A stretch of 39,045 bases of DNA from positions 1-39,045 of the forward strand of contig JAVBPX010000013.1 of the NCBI GenBank assembly GCA_031549365.1. Reading direction: 5' to 3'. The position numbers were made by a program, and so were the translations under genes. Below are positions 19,406 to 28,167 of the stretch, one piece after another. A model generated the notes under the pieces. It searched no databases and had not been told where the DNA came from. It saw only the letters and a list, made by a program, of their open reading frames with translations. Source of the stretch: Alphaproteobacteria bacterium (lineage in GTDB: Bacteria; Pseudomonadota; Alphaproteobacteria; Rs-D84). How positions within the stretch are numbered: the first letter of the stretch is position 1; every line of letters begins with the position of its first letter.

Positions 19406-20032
19406 ATGAAAAAAGTTTTGGTTTTATTATGTGGGTTGTTAATGGCGGGATGTGTTTCCAGTTATCAGACCCCATCACGCGATGTTTGGGATTCTTTGTT
19501 GCGCGGGGCGAGCTTTGGCATGATGTCGGAAACTGCCAAGGAAGCAAAAAAACCAATGTTTTTAGATAATGGTGGAACCGCGTTGAAGCAGGGCGAATCG
19601 CATTTATATATGATTCAGTTGGAAAAAGAATTGGCCGATACTTTGCGTAAACCGGGGACCACGGTTCAACGTGTTGGGCCAGATGTTTTGGTTGTTATGA
19701 TAAGGGATGTTTTCATGGATCCAAATGCGCCGGATTTTTCAGACCAGGGTACCGAGGAATTACAAAAATTGTCTGCGATTTTGAAAAAGCAAAATAAAAC
19801 ATTTATCGAAATTACAGGATACACCGATAATTTAGGTCAAATGGATGCGAATCAAGCAGTTTCGTTTGATATGGCAAAGCGCGTTGCAATATTTTTTGCC
19901 AAGCATGAAATAAGGCCGGTTCGTTTATTTGTCCAAGGTCGAGGCAGCACCCGACCAATTGCTGATAATGCGACGGAAGTTGGGAGGCGGATGAATAGGC
20001 GGATAGAGATTCGGATTTCCCCCGTTTTATAA
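19406..20032 (+). CDS. OmpA-family outer-membrane lipoprotein (YiaD-like)
   Basis: LMAGC lipobox; IEITGYTD, GRGSTRPIADN, GRRMNRRIEI OmpA_C motifs. Confidence 0.9.
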   Translation: MKKVLVLLCGLLMAGCVSSYQTPSRDVWDSLLRGASFGMMSETAKEAKKPMFLDNGGTALKQGESHLYMIQLEKELADTLRKPGTTVQRVGPDVLVVMIRDVFMDPNAPDFSDQGTEELQKLSAILKKQNKTFIEITGYTDNLGQMDANQAVSFDMAKRVAIFFAKHEIRPVRLFVQGRGSTRPIADNATEVGRRMNRRIEIRISPVL

Positions 20033-20160
20033 ATTTGCATGATAATGCGCGACTGAAAACAAGTTTATCGTTTTTCAAAACCCTTATGTATGTTTATATA
20101 CACTGCGGGCCTTGAAAAACGATAAATTTTTTACATTCATCACATTCTGACGCAAATTTT
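20030..20160 (+). repeat. Long palindromic element, copy F (starts on the OmpA gene TAA)
   Basis: AAATTTGC..TGA...TGA..GCAAATTT; inner TTTATCGTTTTTCAA/TTGAAAAACGATAAA; apical CCTTATGTATG..TATACACTGCGG. Confidence 0.9.
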
Positions 20161-20273
20161 GGTTTTTTAATGATATTTTGAATGTTTTTTGTGGTTAGGT
20201 ATTTCATTTAAAAATTCTGTGATTTTACTGTTTTTGGCTTGGTTTTTTTCATTAATAATGCTAGGATTATTTC

Positions 20274-20867
20274 ATGTCACAGCAAATACAAAAATTAATT
20301 CAGGTGTTTTCAAAATTGCCCGGATTGGGTAATCGTTCGGCCAGGCGAATCGTGTTGGCTATGTTGCAGGATAAGAGCGGAAACACAGACCGTTTAATCA
20401 ATATGTTGGGCGAAACGGTTCGCGCGGTGAAGCCTTGCCCAAATTGCGGTTGTTTGAGCGATCAAAAATTATGCGAATATTGTTCAAATCCAAGTCGGCA
20501 AAATCATCAATTATGTGTTGTGCGCGATTTATCCGATATTTGGGTTTTGGAAAAGGCCAGTGTGTTTCAAGGACGCTATCATGTTATTGGTGGTTTGTTA
20601 TCCGCGTTGGATGGTGTTAGTCCCGAGGATTTAAATTTATCAAATTTAGCGTCCAGGATTGAAAAAGAAGATATCAAAGATATTACTTTGGCACTGCCAA
20701 ATACGATCGAGGGTAAGACCACTGCGCATTATATTGCTGCCTTGTTGTCCGGGCATTCGGTTAATTTTTACGAGCCAGCCCAGGGTGTGCCGATTGGCGG
20801 GGATTTGGATTATTTGGACGAGGGGACATTATCAATCGCATTTGAAACCAGGAAAAAAGTTGTATGA
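20274..20867 (+). CDS. recR: Recombination mediator RecR
   Basis: LPGLGNRSARR HhH, C4 zinc finger, YHVIGGLLSALDG, Toprim, GVPIGGDLDYLD. Confidence 0.98.
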   Translation: MSQQIQKLIQVFSKLPGLGNRSARRIVLAMLQDKSGNTDRLINMLGETVRAVKPCPNCGCLSDQKLCEYCSNPSRQNHQLCVVRDLSDIWVLEKASVFQGRYHVIGGLLSALDGVSPEDLNLSNLASRIEKEDIKDITLALPNTIEGKTTAHYIAALLSGHSVNFYEPAQGVPIGGDLDYLDEGTLSIAFETRKKVV

Positions 20868-21703
20868 GCAAGGTTCAAAATTTACCACCTGTATCCGAAA
20901 TGATGACACAGTATTCTGTGTTTACAAAAAAGTCGTTGGGGCAGCATTTTTTATTCGATTTAAATATCACAAACAAGATTGCAAAGAGTATTCCAAATAT
21001 TTCCGATATGCATATTATTGAAATTGGGCCGGGACCTGGTGGATTGACCAGATCGTTATTAATGGCGGGCGCACGGCATGTTACGGTGGTTGAAAAAGAC
21101 GATACAATGTTGCCGTTATTAAATGCAATCCGGGATGCTTCGGATGGGCGGATGGATATTGTTATTGCGGATGCGTTAAAAGTTGGTTCAGAATTTTACA
21201 AAAATATACCAGGGCCGCGCGCAGTGTGCTCGAATTTGCCATACAATGTTGGGACTGAATTATTGGTGCAATGGTTGCATCATATTTTGGATTTTGATTC
21301 ATTGACTCTGATGTTTCAAAAGGAAGTTGCGGAACGGATTGTTGCGAATGTTGGTGATAATGCCTATGGCCGTTTGGCGATTTTGTCAGATGTTGTGGCA
21401 GAGTCAGAAAAATTATTTGATGTGGATCCGAAGTGTTTTACCCCGCCTCCAAAAGTGATGTCCAGCATTGTTCAGGTCAAACCAAAGGCGGATCCGTTGA
21501 ATGCGAATGATTTAGCAAAATTGGAAAAATTAACTGCGACATTATTTCAAAACAGGCGCAAGATGATACGTGGTTCATTAAAAAAATATCATGGTGCAGA
21601 AGATGCGATTAAGTCGGTTGGTTTGTCAGGGACCGAGAGGCCCGAGGAGTTGGGGTCGGCGATGATGGTTGAGTTGGCCAAAGTGTTGAAAACCAACGCT
21701 TGA
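20864..21703 (+). CDS. rsmA: 16S rRNA dimethyladenosine transferase RsmA/KsgA
   Basis: KKSLGQHFL, EIGPGPGGLT, NLPYN, MFQKEVAERI, PPPKVMS. Confidence 0.98.
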   Translation: MSKVQNLPPVSEMMTQYSVFTKKSLGQHFLFDLNITNKIAKSIPNISDMHIIEIGPGPGGLTRSLLMAGARHVTVVEKDDTMLPLLNAIRDASDGRMDIVIADALKVGSEFYKNIPGPRAVCSNLPYNVGTELLVQWLHHILDFDSLTLMFQKEVAERIVANVGDNAYGRLAILSDVVAESEKLFDVDPKCFTPPPKVMSSIVQVKPKADPLNANDLAKLEKLTATLFQNRRKMIRGSLKKYHGAEDAIKSVGLSGTERPEELGSAMMVELAKVLKTNA

Positions 21704-21804
21704 AAACAAGTTTTTTAAATTTTAGAACCTTATGTACGTTTATGTACACCGCGGCTCTAAAATTTAAAAAATTCTTACCAATCATTTGATTTTGAACGCT
21801 TTGG
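21678..21804 (+). repeat. Long palindromic element, copy G (overlaps the last rsmA codons and stop)
   Basis: CCAAAGTGT-TGA...TGA-ACGCTTTGG; inner TTTTTTAAATTTTAGA/TCTAAAATTTAAAAAA; apical CCTTATGTAC..TGTACACCGCGG. Confidence 0.88.
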
Positions 21805-21920
21805 GTATAACAATTTAAATTGTATGTTTGTTATTTGTTTCTGTTTTTTATCCCGGTGATTGCCGGGGCATTTTATTTTGTGATGCAAAATAAAATGGGG
21901 GAATTAATTTTTATATTGTT

Positions 21921-22038
21921 GAGATTGTTGCGCTTCGCTTGCAATGACATTTGTGTTGCGTTGTAATGGTTTGTTTTAGTGGATCCTCTGGCTGCGTTTC
22001 CTCCTTTGTTAAAACTATGGTGGACAGGCAGAATGACA
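21921..22038 (+). repeat. Pair of REP-like hairpins ending ATGACA
   Basis: GAGATTG..GCAATGACA (21921-21949) and TGGATCC..GGTGGACAGGCAGAATGACA (21980-22038, homologous to 26745-26803). Confidence 0.75.
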
Positions 22039-22070
22039 TTTAATTGCAGCGTTTCGCCAAAGTAGGTTTA

Positions 22071-22412
22071 TTAGCGGGTGGATTCAGTTTGGGATTTGAT
22101 GGCAGGCTTTTTCGAATCGGCATCAAAAAATTTGCTAGAGATTAGAAGTGCGGCGATTCCAATTATAAATACAATGCAAACTGTGTCGGAAATGATTTCG
22201 TATTTTTTTTCGACGCGTTTAAGGTTGTGTTTTTTTTCGGAATAGGGTTCGGATTTTTGTCCCGATTTTTTTGTTACGACAGTACTGTTTTCATTGCGGA
22301 TAAATGCGCGTTCTGCGTGGGCCGATTGGCGCGCGGCCAAGTGTTGATCATGTTTAAGAAGTGCCACGGTTGAATCTTTTAGGTTTTTTGGTAATTCAGC
22401 AAATGTTTTCAT
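22071..22412 (-). CDS. Hypothetical protein with a single C-proximal TM segment
   Basis: ATG start MKTFAEL at 22412 (the track start lies in a repeat); TM VCIVFIIGIAALLI; no family recognised. Confidence 0.65.
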   Translation of the reverse strand: MKTFAELPKNLKDSTVALLKHDQHLAARQSAHAERAFIRNENSTVVTKKSGQKSEPYSEKKHNLKRVEKKYEIISDTVCIVFIIGIAALLISSKFFDADSKKPAIKSQTESTR

Positions 22413-22448
22413 GGTTGTTCGATTTGGTTTTTGATTGTGGTTCTGTTG

Positions 22449-22746
22449 GAAAATTTTTGTCACGGAAAAATCATTTATGATTTTTCAAAATTTTCATAGG
22501 TTGGGATTAAGGTTGGCATGGATTTAATTTATTTTTGTTTTTGGTTATCTGGTTTTATTGTGATTGTTCGTAAAATTGCTGTTGTAATTGTTTTTATTAC
22601 TGGATCCTCTCGGCTGTGCCTCAGGATGACCAAGGATTAAGGTTTGTTTTGATTTTATTTAAGTTATGAAATGTTTTCATGGTTGTTCGATTTGGTTTTG
22701 TTTAATTGCAATGATTGCCACGGAGCCTTGGCTCATCGCAATGACA
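22449..22746 (+). repeat. Mosaic repeat cluster
   Basis: TGTCACG hairpin 22449-22495, TGGATCC..CAGGATGAC 22601-22630, 31-bp duplication 22669-22699, ATTGC..GCAATGACA 22705-22746. Confidence 0.8.
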
Positions 22747-22757
22747 AATAAAAAACA

Positions 22758-23042
22758 TTAGGGGAGTTTTTTCGATATTTGGCGGAGGCGTTGGAGTAAT
22801 TTTTCCAGGCCCGCTTCGATATCACCATTTGGAGTGGATGGAGCGCGTGATTGCAATTCGTCGGCCAGTACGATACAGACAGTTGCAAGCAGGGTTTTTT
22901 CGTCCAATGGGCCGATGGCGTTTAAAATCGCCCGAGCCTTGGCATCCACGATTTTTGAGAGTTGGTGGAGGCGTTCTTCTTGGCCGTCTTCGCAGCCGAG
23001 GGCGTATTTTTGGTTTACTATGTCGAGGGTGACGATACTCAT
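22758..23042 (-). CDS. zapA: Cell division protein ZapA
   Basis: VTLDIVNQKYALGCEDGQEERL...LLATVCIVLADEL. Confidence 0.92.
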   Translation of the reverse strand: MSIVTLDIVNQKYALGCEDGQEERLHQLSKIVDAKARAILNAIGPLDEKTLLATVCIVLADELQSRAPSTPNGDIEAGLEKLLQRLRQISKKLP

Positions 23043-23260
23043 TTTACTGCCTTTAATTTTTTTAAGATTGCAACGGATTCATCGATATAGTCAATTGCGC
23101 GGTCGCGGGCGGATTTTAGGGCCTCGCACTGTTGTGTTAGGATGGCAACTTCTAAATCCGTCTGTTTTTGCATGCCGTTTTGGGTGTCGCGTAGGCGCAA
23201 AATCCCGTTTTCAATGTTGTCAAGTTCGTTATAAATTTGGTCAAGTATTGTTGTGTTCAT
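23039..23260 (-). CDS. Short coiled-coil protein upstream of zapA (ZapB/ZauP-like)
   Basis: 73 aa heptad pattern; ATGA overlap with zapA. Confidence 0.65.
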   Translation of the reverse strand: MNTTILDQIYNELDNIENGILRLRDTQNGMQKQTDLEVAILTQQCEALKSARDRAIDYIDESVAILKKLKAVK

Positions 23261-23361
23261 TTGTAAATAGTCCTTGAAATTTCATCGTTATATGTATAGA
23301 GTTTAATGGATTTCAAAATAATGTCAAATGGATATATTTTGAGGTTGGTGTTTAGTTCTGA

Positions 23362-23494
23362 GGAGAACATTTTGTCACGGAAAATTTGGTAAACAAATTT
23401 TCGAAATGTTCTTTTGGTTTGAATTAAGACTGGTGTGGAATAAATTAATTTAATTGCAAAGATTGCCACGGTGTCGTGATGCCCGAGCAATAAC
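23362..23494 (+). repeat. TGTCACG-bulge hairpin plus a degenerate ATTGC REP-like hairpin
   Basis: 23362-23415 identical to 37136-37189; 23453-23494 resembles 6692-6733. Confidence 0.9.
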
Positions 23495-23515
23495 AATGAT
23501 AAAAAAGGATTTAGG

Positions 23516-24232
23516 ATGAGGCCGAGTGCAAGACAAAACAATCAATTGAGAAAGGTTAGTTTCGAGGTTAATGTTAATCGGTATGCCGAGGGATCGTGTT
23601 TAATTAAAATGGGAAATACCCATGTTTTATGTACTGCGTCCATTGAAAACGGGCGTCCGACTTGGAAACGTCAACAGGGTTTAGGCGGCGGTTGGGTTAC
23701 AGCCGATTATGCGATGTTGCCGCGCGCAACGCATGTTCGACGCGGTCGCGATTCGAACAAGACCGATTTTCGTGCCGTTGAGATCAAAAGATTAGTTGGG
23801 CGCGCATTACGTTCGGTTGTTGATTTGGATGTTTTGGGCGAACGTCAGATATTTATTGATTGCGATGTTTTACAGGCCGATGGTGGAACGCGTTGTGCGT
23901 CCATTACTGGCGGATTTGTTGCGATGTATTTGGCGTGTGAAAAGTTGGTTAAATGTGGTGAAATGCGCAAAAATCCAATAACACATTTTTTGGCTGCAAT
24001 TTCTGTTGGCGTTCACAATGGCAATGTCGTTATCGATTTGGATTACGATGAAGATTGCCATGCGGAAGTTGATGCAAATTTCGTTGTAGCAGACGGAGGT
24101 GCATTGGTTGAAGTGCAGGCTACGGGTGAATCAAAACCCTTTACAGGGGAACAAATGGATGCTATGCTGAAATTGGCAAAAGACGGCGTGGCCGCGTTAA
24201 TTAATTTACAAAAACAAGTAGTAGAAGGATAA
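23516..24232 (+). CDS. rph: Ribonuclease PH
   Basis: MRPSAR..QLR, AEGSC, GWVTADYAMLP, DCDVLQADGGTRCASITG, EVQATGE. Confidence 0.98.
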   Translation: MRPSARQNNQLRKVSFEVNVNRYAEGSCLIKMGNTHVLCTASIENGRPTWKRQQGLGGGWVTADYAMLPRATHVRRGRDSNKTDFRAVEIKRLVGRALRSVVDLDVLGERQIFIDCDVLQADGGTRCASITGGFVAMYLACEKLVKCGEMRKNPITHFLAAISVGVHNGNVVIDLDYDEDCHAEVDANFVVADGGALVEVQATGESKPFTGEQMDAMLKLAKDGVAALINLQKQVVEG

Positions 24233-24236
24233 AATC

Positions 24237-24917
24237 ATGGCAAACGATAAAAAAGTTAAAAAAAGCATTGCTGAACACCAAGAAGATGCGTTGTATCGTG
24301 AAATTTGGGAAGAAGTTCATGCCCAAAAAACGTATGATTTTGTTAAAAAACATGCGAAATTATTAATTGGTTTGGCGGCATTCATTTTATTGTTGGCCAT
24401 TGGAAATCAATTGTTAAATCATTATAAAACTGAAAATGCGAAAAAAGATGCGTTGGCTTTTGAATCTGCAATGGTTACTGTGGCCGATCGTCAGGCTGAT
24501 TCCGCGCAGATTATGTTGAAAAAATTGGGGAATAAATCATCGTCTGGGATGGGTGATATTGCAATGTATCAATCCGCCATGTTGTATTTGGAAAAAGGGC
24601 AAAAAGATGCCGCAATGGATCAGTTGCAAAAATTAGCAAAACATGGAAATACACGTGATTTTACGCATTTGGCGACAATTCGTTTGGCGTTATTAAAAGC
24701 TGATTCGATGAGCGGTTCCGCGCTAGAAAAATTTTTATCGCCGACGCTGTCGCGCAGATCGCCTTTTTATTATACATCAATGATGTTGGTTTCGGCAAAG
24801 TATGTGTCAGAAGATAACAATGTTAAGGCCGAAGCTTGGTTGAAAAAAATTGTTAATGATGACGATGCCCCGAAAATTATTTCTGCGCATGCGGAAACAA
24901 TGTTGGCCGGAATGTAA
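24237..24917 (+). CDS. YfgM-like TPR membrane-anchored protein
   Basis: REIWEEV N-terminus, one TM, TPR-like helices; directly upstream of bamB. Confidence 0.8.
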   Translation: MANDKKVKKSIAEHQEDALYREIWEEVHAQKTYDFVKKHAKLLIGLAAFILLLAIGNQLLNHYKTENAKKDALAFESAMVTVADRQADSAQIMLKKLGNKSSSGMGDIAMYQSAMLYLEKGQKDAAMDQLQKLAKHGNTRDFTHLATIRLALLKADSMSGSALEKFLSPTLSRRSPFYYTSMMLVSAKYVSEDNNVKAEAWLKKIVNDDDAPKIISAHAETMLAGM

Positions 24918-24940
24918 TTAAATTTATTTGGAGAGGGTTG

Positions 24941-26230
24941 ATGAAAAAAATTGCTTTGGCTTTGGTTGCAGGATTTTGGTTGGTTGGGTGTTCATCCCCA
25001 GATCCAATTTTGCCCGGAGTGCGTGAACCCGTATTCCAAGAAAGCGTTGTTCAAATTGACAGCAAAACAATTGAAAATTTTCCGCCAAAGACTGATACAA
25101 AAATTGTTCGGTTTCCAAATAATACCGCGCATTATGCTGTTTCAGTTATTACAAAAAAAACATTGCCAAAGTTTGAGCGCGATTGGTTTAGATCAATTGG
25201 TTCAGGATTTAACAGCAAGTCGAATCATATAAGTCAGCCTGTGGTTGGGAATGGTATTTTTGTTACTTCGGATTCCATTGGGAATGTGCGTGTTTGGGAT
25301 TTAAATACAGGGGTTAGATTGTGGGAACATCATGAAAGAACCAAAGCGTTTGCACCAGGGGCTCGCGTCCAATTGTTTAATGATGTTTTGATTGAAACAA
25401 AAAATGATGGCGAAATAATTGCCTTTGATTTAGAAGCTGGGAAAGTTTTGTGGGAAAAAAATGTAAAGGTTCCATTACATGGTCCGTTATCAGAAGAGCA
25501 AAATGGTTATACGTACACCGTATCCGAAGGAAACGAATTATATCAGATCAATATTAAAAATGGCGATGTCAAAAAAGTATTTTCAGGATTCCCAACAACG
25601 TCCAAGGTTATTGGGACTGCCGGCGTTGCTGTTGATAAACATTTAATTTATTTGGGTTTGTCGACTGGCGAAGTTTTATGTTTTAACACATCCACAAATC
25701 AAACAGAATGGGTTCGCGGAGTTTATCGTTCAAACATTATTACGGGCGGATATCCATTAACAGATATTTTGGGCAATGTTGTTTCCGATTCCAGTTCTGT
25801 TTATGCGACTGGGTTGGGTGGCGAATTGGCTTGTTTAAACAAGGCGACTGGGCAAAAGCAATGGACTGTTCCGATTGCGTCCGCGCAAGCAATGTGGGTG
25901 ATGGAAAATATTGCATGGGCAGTTTCAACAAACCAAGATTTATATGCAATTGATTTGAAAAAGGGTGGGATTGTTTATATGACACCATTATCCGATGGTG
26001 AAGATTCAATTATGTTTTATACCCCGATTTTGATTTCAAATAATGGACAATATCAATTGTGGGTTTTTGATAATCATGGGTCGGTTACAATTGTTGATGC
26101 GCGTGATGGCAAGATTTTAGGGCGTCGCGAATTGACCAGTTCCAAGTTGGCCACGGCGCCGGTTGTTGCAGACGGGAAAGTAGAGGTAGTTACAGAGTCA
26201 GGTACATGGATGCAGTTTTCAATTGAGTAA
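24941..26230 (+). CDS. bamB: PQQ-like beta-propeller lipoprotein, BamB-like
   Basis: LVGC lipobox, LPGVRE motif, repeated DL.TG..LW blades; yfgM neighbour. Confidence 0.8.
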   Translation: MKKIALALVAGFWLVGCSSPDPILPGVREPVFQESVVQIDSKTIENFPPKTDTKIVRFPNNTAHYAVSVITKKTLPKFERDWFRSIGSGFNSKSNHISQPVVGNGIFVTSDSIGNVRVWDLNTGVRLWEHHERTKAFAPGARVQLFNDVLIETKNDGEIIAFDLEAGKVLWEKNVKVPLHGPLSEEQNGYTYTVSEGNELYQINIKNGDVKKVFSGFPTTSKVIGTAGVAVDKHLIYLGLSTGEVLCFNTSTNQTEWVRGVYRSNIITGGYPLTDILGNVVSDSSSVYATGLGGELACLNKATGQKQWTVPIASAQAMWVMENIAWAVSTNQDLYAIDLKKGGIVYMTPLSDGEDSIMFYTPILISNNGQYQLWVFDNHGSVTIVDARDGKILGRRELTSSKLATAPVVADGKVEVVTESGTWMQFSIE

Positions 26231-26352
26231 AATCAATGAAAACGGCCATCTAGGACGTTTTCTTGTTCAAAATCCTCGGTTTCGTATGTTAATATACGCG
26301 CCATCGGATTTTGAAAAACAAAACTCCTATATGACTCGTTTTGATTGATTTT
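26228..26352 (+). repeat. Long palindromic element, copy H (subtype of B; starts on the bamB TAA)
   Basis: AAAATCAA-TGA-AAACG...CGTTT-TGA-TTGATTTT; inner TTCAAAATCC/GGATTTTGAA; apical CGTATG..TATACGCG. Confidence 0.82.
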
Positions 26353-26476
26353 CGGATGGTGTGAGAACAGCGACTGGAAACAAGTTTTTAAATTTTTCGA
26401 CCCTTATGTACCACTATGTATACCGCGGGTCAAAAAATAAAAGAACCCACCCAATCATCGCATTTTGAAATGATCG
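26353..26476 (+). repeat. Long palindromic element, copy I (tandem, degenerate outer stem)
   Basis: GCGACTGGAAACAAG, apical GACCCTTATGTACCACTATGTATACCGCGGGTC, CAATCATCGCATTTTGA. Confidence 0.85.
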
Positions 26477-26570
26477 AATGTGTAGTAGAGTTTTTGAAAA
26501 CACAATGCAACCATGCAATCAAAGATTGCTGTTGCTGATGAGGACCCAGAAAACAATTATTAATCGTTTT

Positions 26571-26803
26571 CTGAATCCGTCCCGAGGGATGACAATAATT
26601 TTCTTAATATTGCAATGATTGCCACGGAGCTATAGATCCTCGCAATGACATAGACAATAAAAAGTTGCTGGCGCAACCATTTTTATTAATGGATATCCGC
26701 CTGTGCGGGTATGACCATTATTCGTTATCGCCAAGTTTTATTACTGGATCCTTTCGGCTATGCTTCCACCTTTTTTAAAACTGTGGTGGACAGGCAGGAT
26801 GAC
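26571..26803 (+). repeat. Cluster of four REP-like hairpins ending ATGAC
   Basis: 26571-26594, 26609-26650, 26690-26715 and 26745-26803. Confidence 0.8.
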
Positions 26804-26865
26804 CGATGATTGAGGTTTGTTGCTAGCCCACTTAGGGGTAAGGGAATTTTAATAAGTGCAATTTT

Positions 26866-28167
26866 TTATTTATCTGATTTTTTCTTGATAGCAGAGGTGT
26901 ATAGTTTTTTTGCCGTTTCATTTAAATCTTTCCAGCCGGATTTTATATTTTTATCGATTAGTTTTGCGTATTCGCGGTTTATTGCTCCGCCTAATTTTTC
27001 GCTGAACTTTTCGGCGTTGCGAATCATGTATAATGTTAACAGGCCGCACAGAAATACCGTCATAAATGATGTGTCGTTCATTGATGGTGTAATGTTGCGC
27101 AAATCGCCCGTTGTGTTAAATGCACCCTGCATAAGCGCATAGGACATTCCAGCGATTACGGACAGGATGCAGAAGTAAAATAATGCTTTGACCAGGGTTT
27201 CAATTAATTTAGATATGTCGCCAGTTGCAAACATGCCGGTAACTGTTTGGAATACCGTTTTAACAATTGGATTTTTAACGGATGTGTCGCCGCCGCCAAA
27301 GCAGGTTTTGATGGCCACGAATGGTAGGAAGAAAAGGGTTAACATTAAGTCTGCGATTACAGATAGGACCGAAATTGCGAAATTAAATGCGTTGATGATA
27401 AATACAATCACAAACATTATGCCAGTGATTACCATTAATCCAGAGGTGCCAAAGCCGTATTTCATCCAATAAAATCCAGTTGATATGCATTGATAGAAAA
27501 ATGTTGAAATTCGGGCAGGCATGCACAGCATATTGGCCGTAGTTTCGTTTGATAAAAATGGTTCGACCGTTGTTAATGGGTCCGATGCAACGTATGCGCG
27601 GATGGCGTCACAAGTATGCAGAGTATCAACGCCCACAGTTGTTGTTAGGATTAAATCAGATATATATGTGCCGAGCGATATAATTGGGCCCGCAAAAAAC
27701 ATGAAAATTTGGGCCGGATTAGATTGAAGTATTGCGATCCAGATTACGACGATTATGGATTTTTTTACTATGCTTTCTGCGAATTTTTTTGTGTCGGATC
27801 CAGATTCTATTAATGCGTAAGATTCAAGTGCAATCCACCAGGCAAGCAGTGTTATCAAAAACCAAGTAATGATATTCATAAATATTGGGTACAGCATTTG
27901 TGCAACATAGGTCATCGAATCAATGGTTAATTTTGCAATTTTTGTTTCGATTGGAATTGCGCCTGGTGTCATGAAATCCGTGTTCGGCACATCGTTTTGT
28001 AATTTTGTTACGACCAATCCACGTATCGCGTTGCCCAGGGGCAGGTTCGTTGCGTTATAATTAATTGGTTGTTCAACAGGCGGGATTGGTGATGTATTAA
28101 TTGGATCATCTGCGAACACAATGGTTGGCATCAAAAACATAACAAAAATCAGTATCAATTTTTTCAT
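26866..28167 (-). CDS. VirB6/TrbL-like polytopic membrane protein, paralog 5
   Basis: Signal peptide, GPIISLG, MLC motif, hydrophobic core ..LFFLPFVAI..F; basic amphipathic tail. Confidence 0.6.
   Translation of the reverse strand: MKKLILIFVMFLMPTIVFADDPINTSPIPPVEQPINYNATNLPLGNAIRGLVVTKLQNDVPNTDFMTPGAIPIETKIAKLTIDSMTYVAQMLYPIFMNIITWFLITLLAWWIALESYALIESGSDTKKFAESIVKKSIIVVIWIAILQSNPAQIFMFFAGPIISLGTYISDLILTTTVGVDTLHTCDAIRAYVASDPLTTVEPFLSNETTANMLCMPARISTFFYQCISTGFYWMKYGFGTSGLMVITGIMFVIVFIINAFNFAISVLSVIADLMLTLFFLPFVAIKTCFGGGDTSVKNPIVKTVFQTVTGMFATGDISKLIETLVKALFYFCILSVIAGMSYALMQGAFNTTGDLRNITPSMNDTSFMTVFLCGLLTLYMIRNAEKFSEKLGGAINREYAKLIDKNIKSGWKDLNETAKKLYTSAIKKKSDK

Noticed and set aside
23257-23541. 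ORFs at 23257-23541 and 37100-37291 sharing KRTFRKFVYQIFRDKMFS
   Set aside because: The shared peptide is the translation of the TGTCACG repeat; no other coding evidence
5123-26476. Integron attC sites (gene-end palindromes)
   Set aside because: No RYYYAAC/GTTRRRY boxes, no integrase, and they follow core genes
26480-26860. CRISPR array
   Set aside because: The hairpins differ in sequence and spacing; no constant repeat-spacer period and no cas genes
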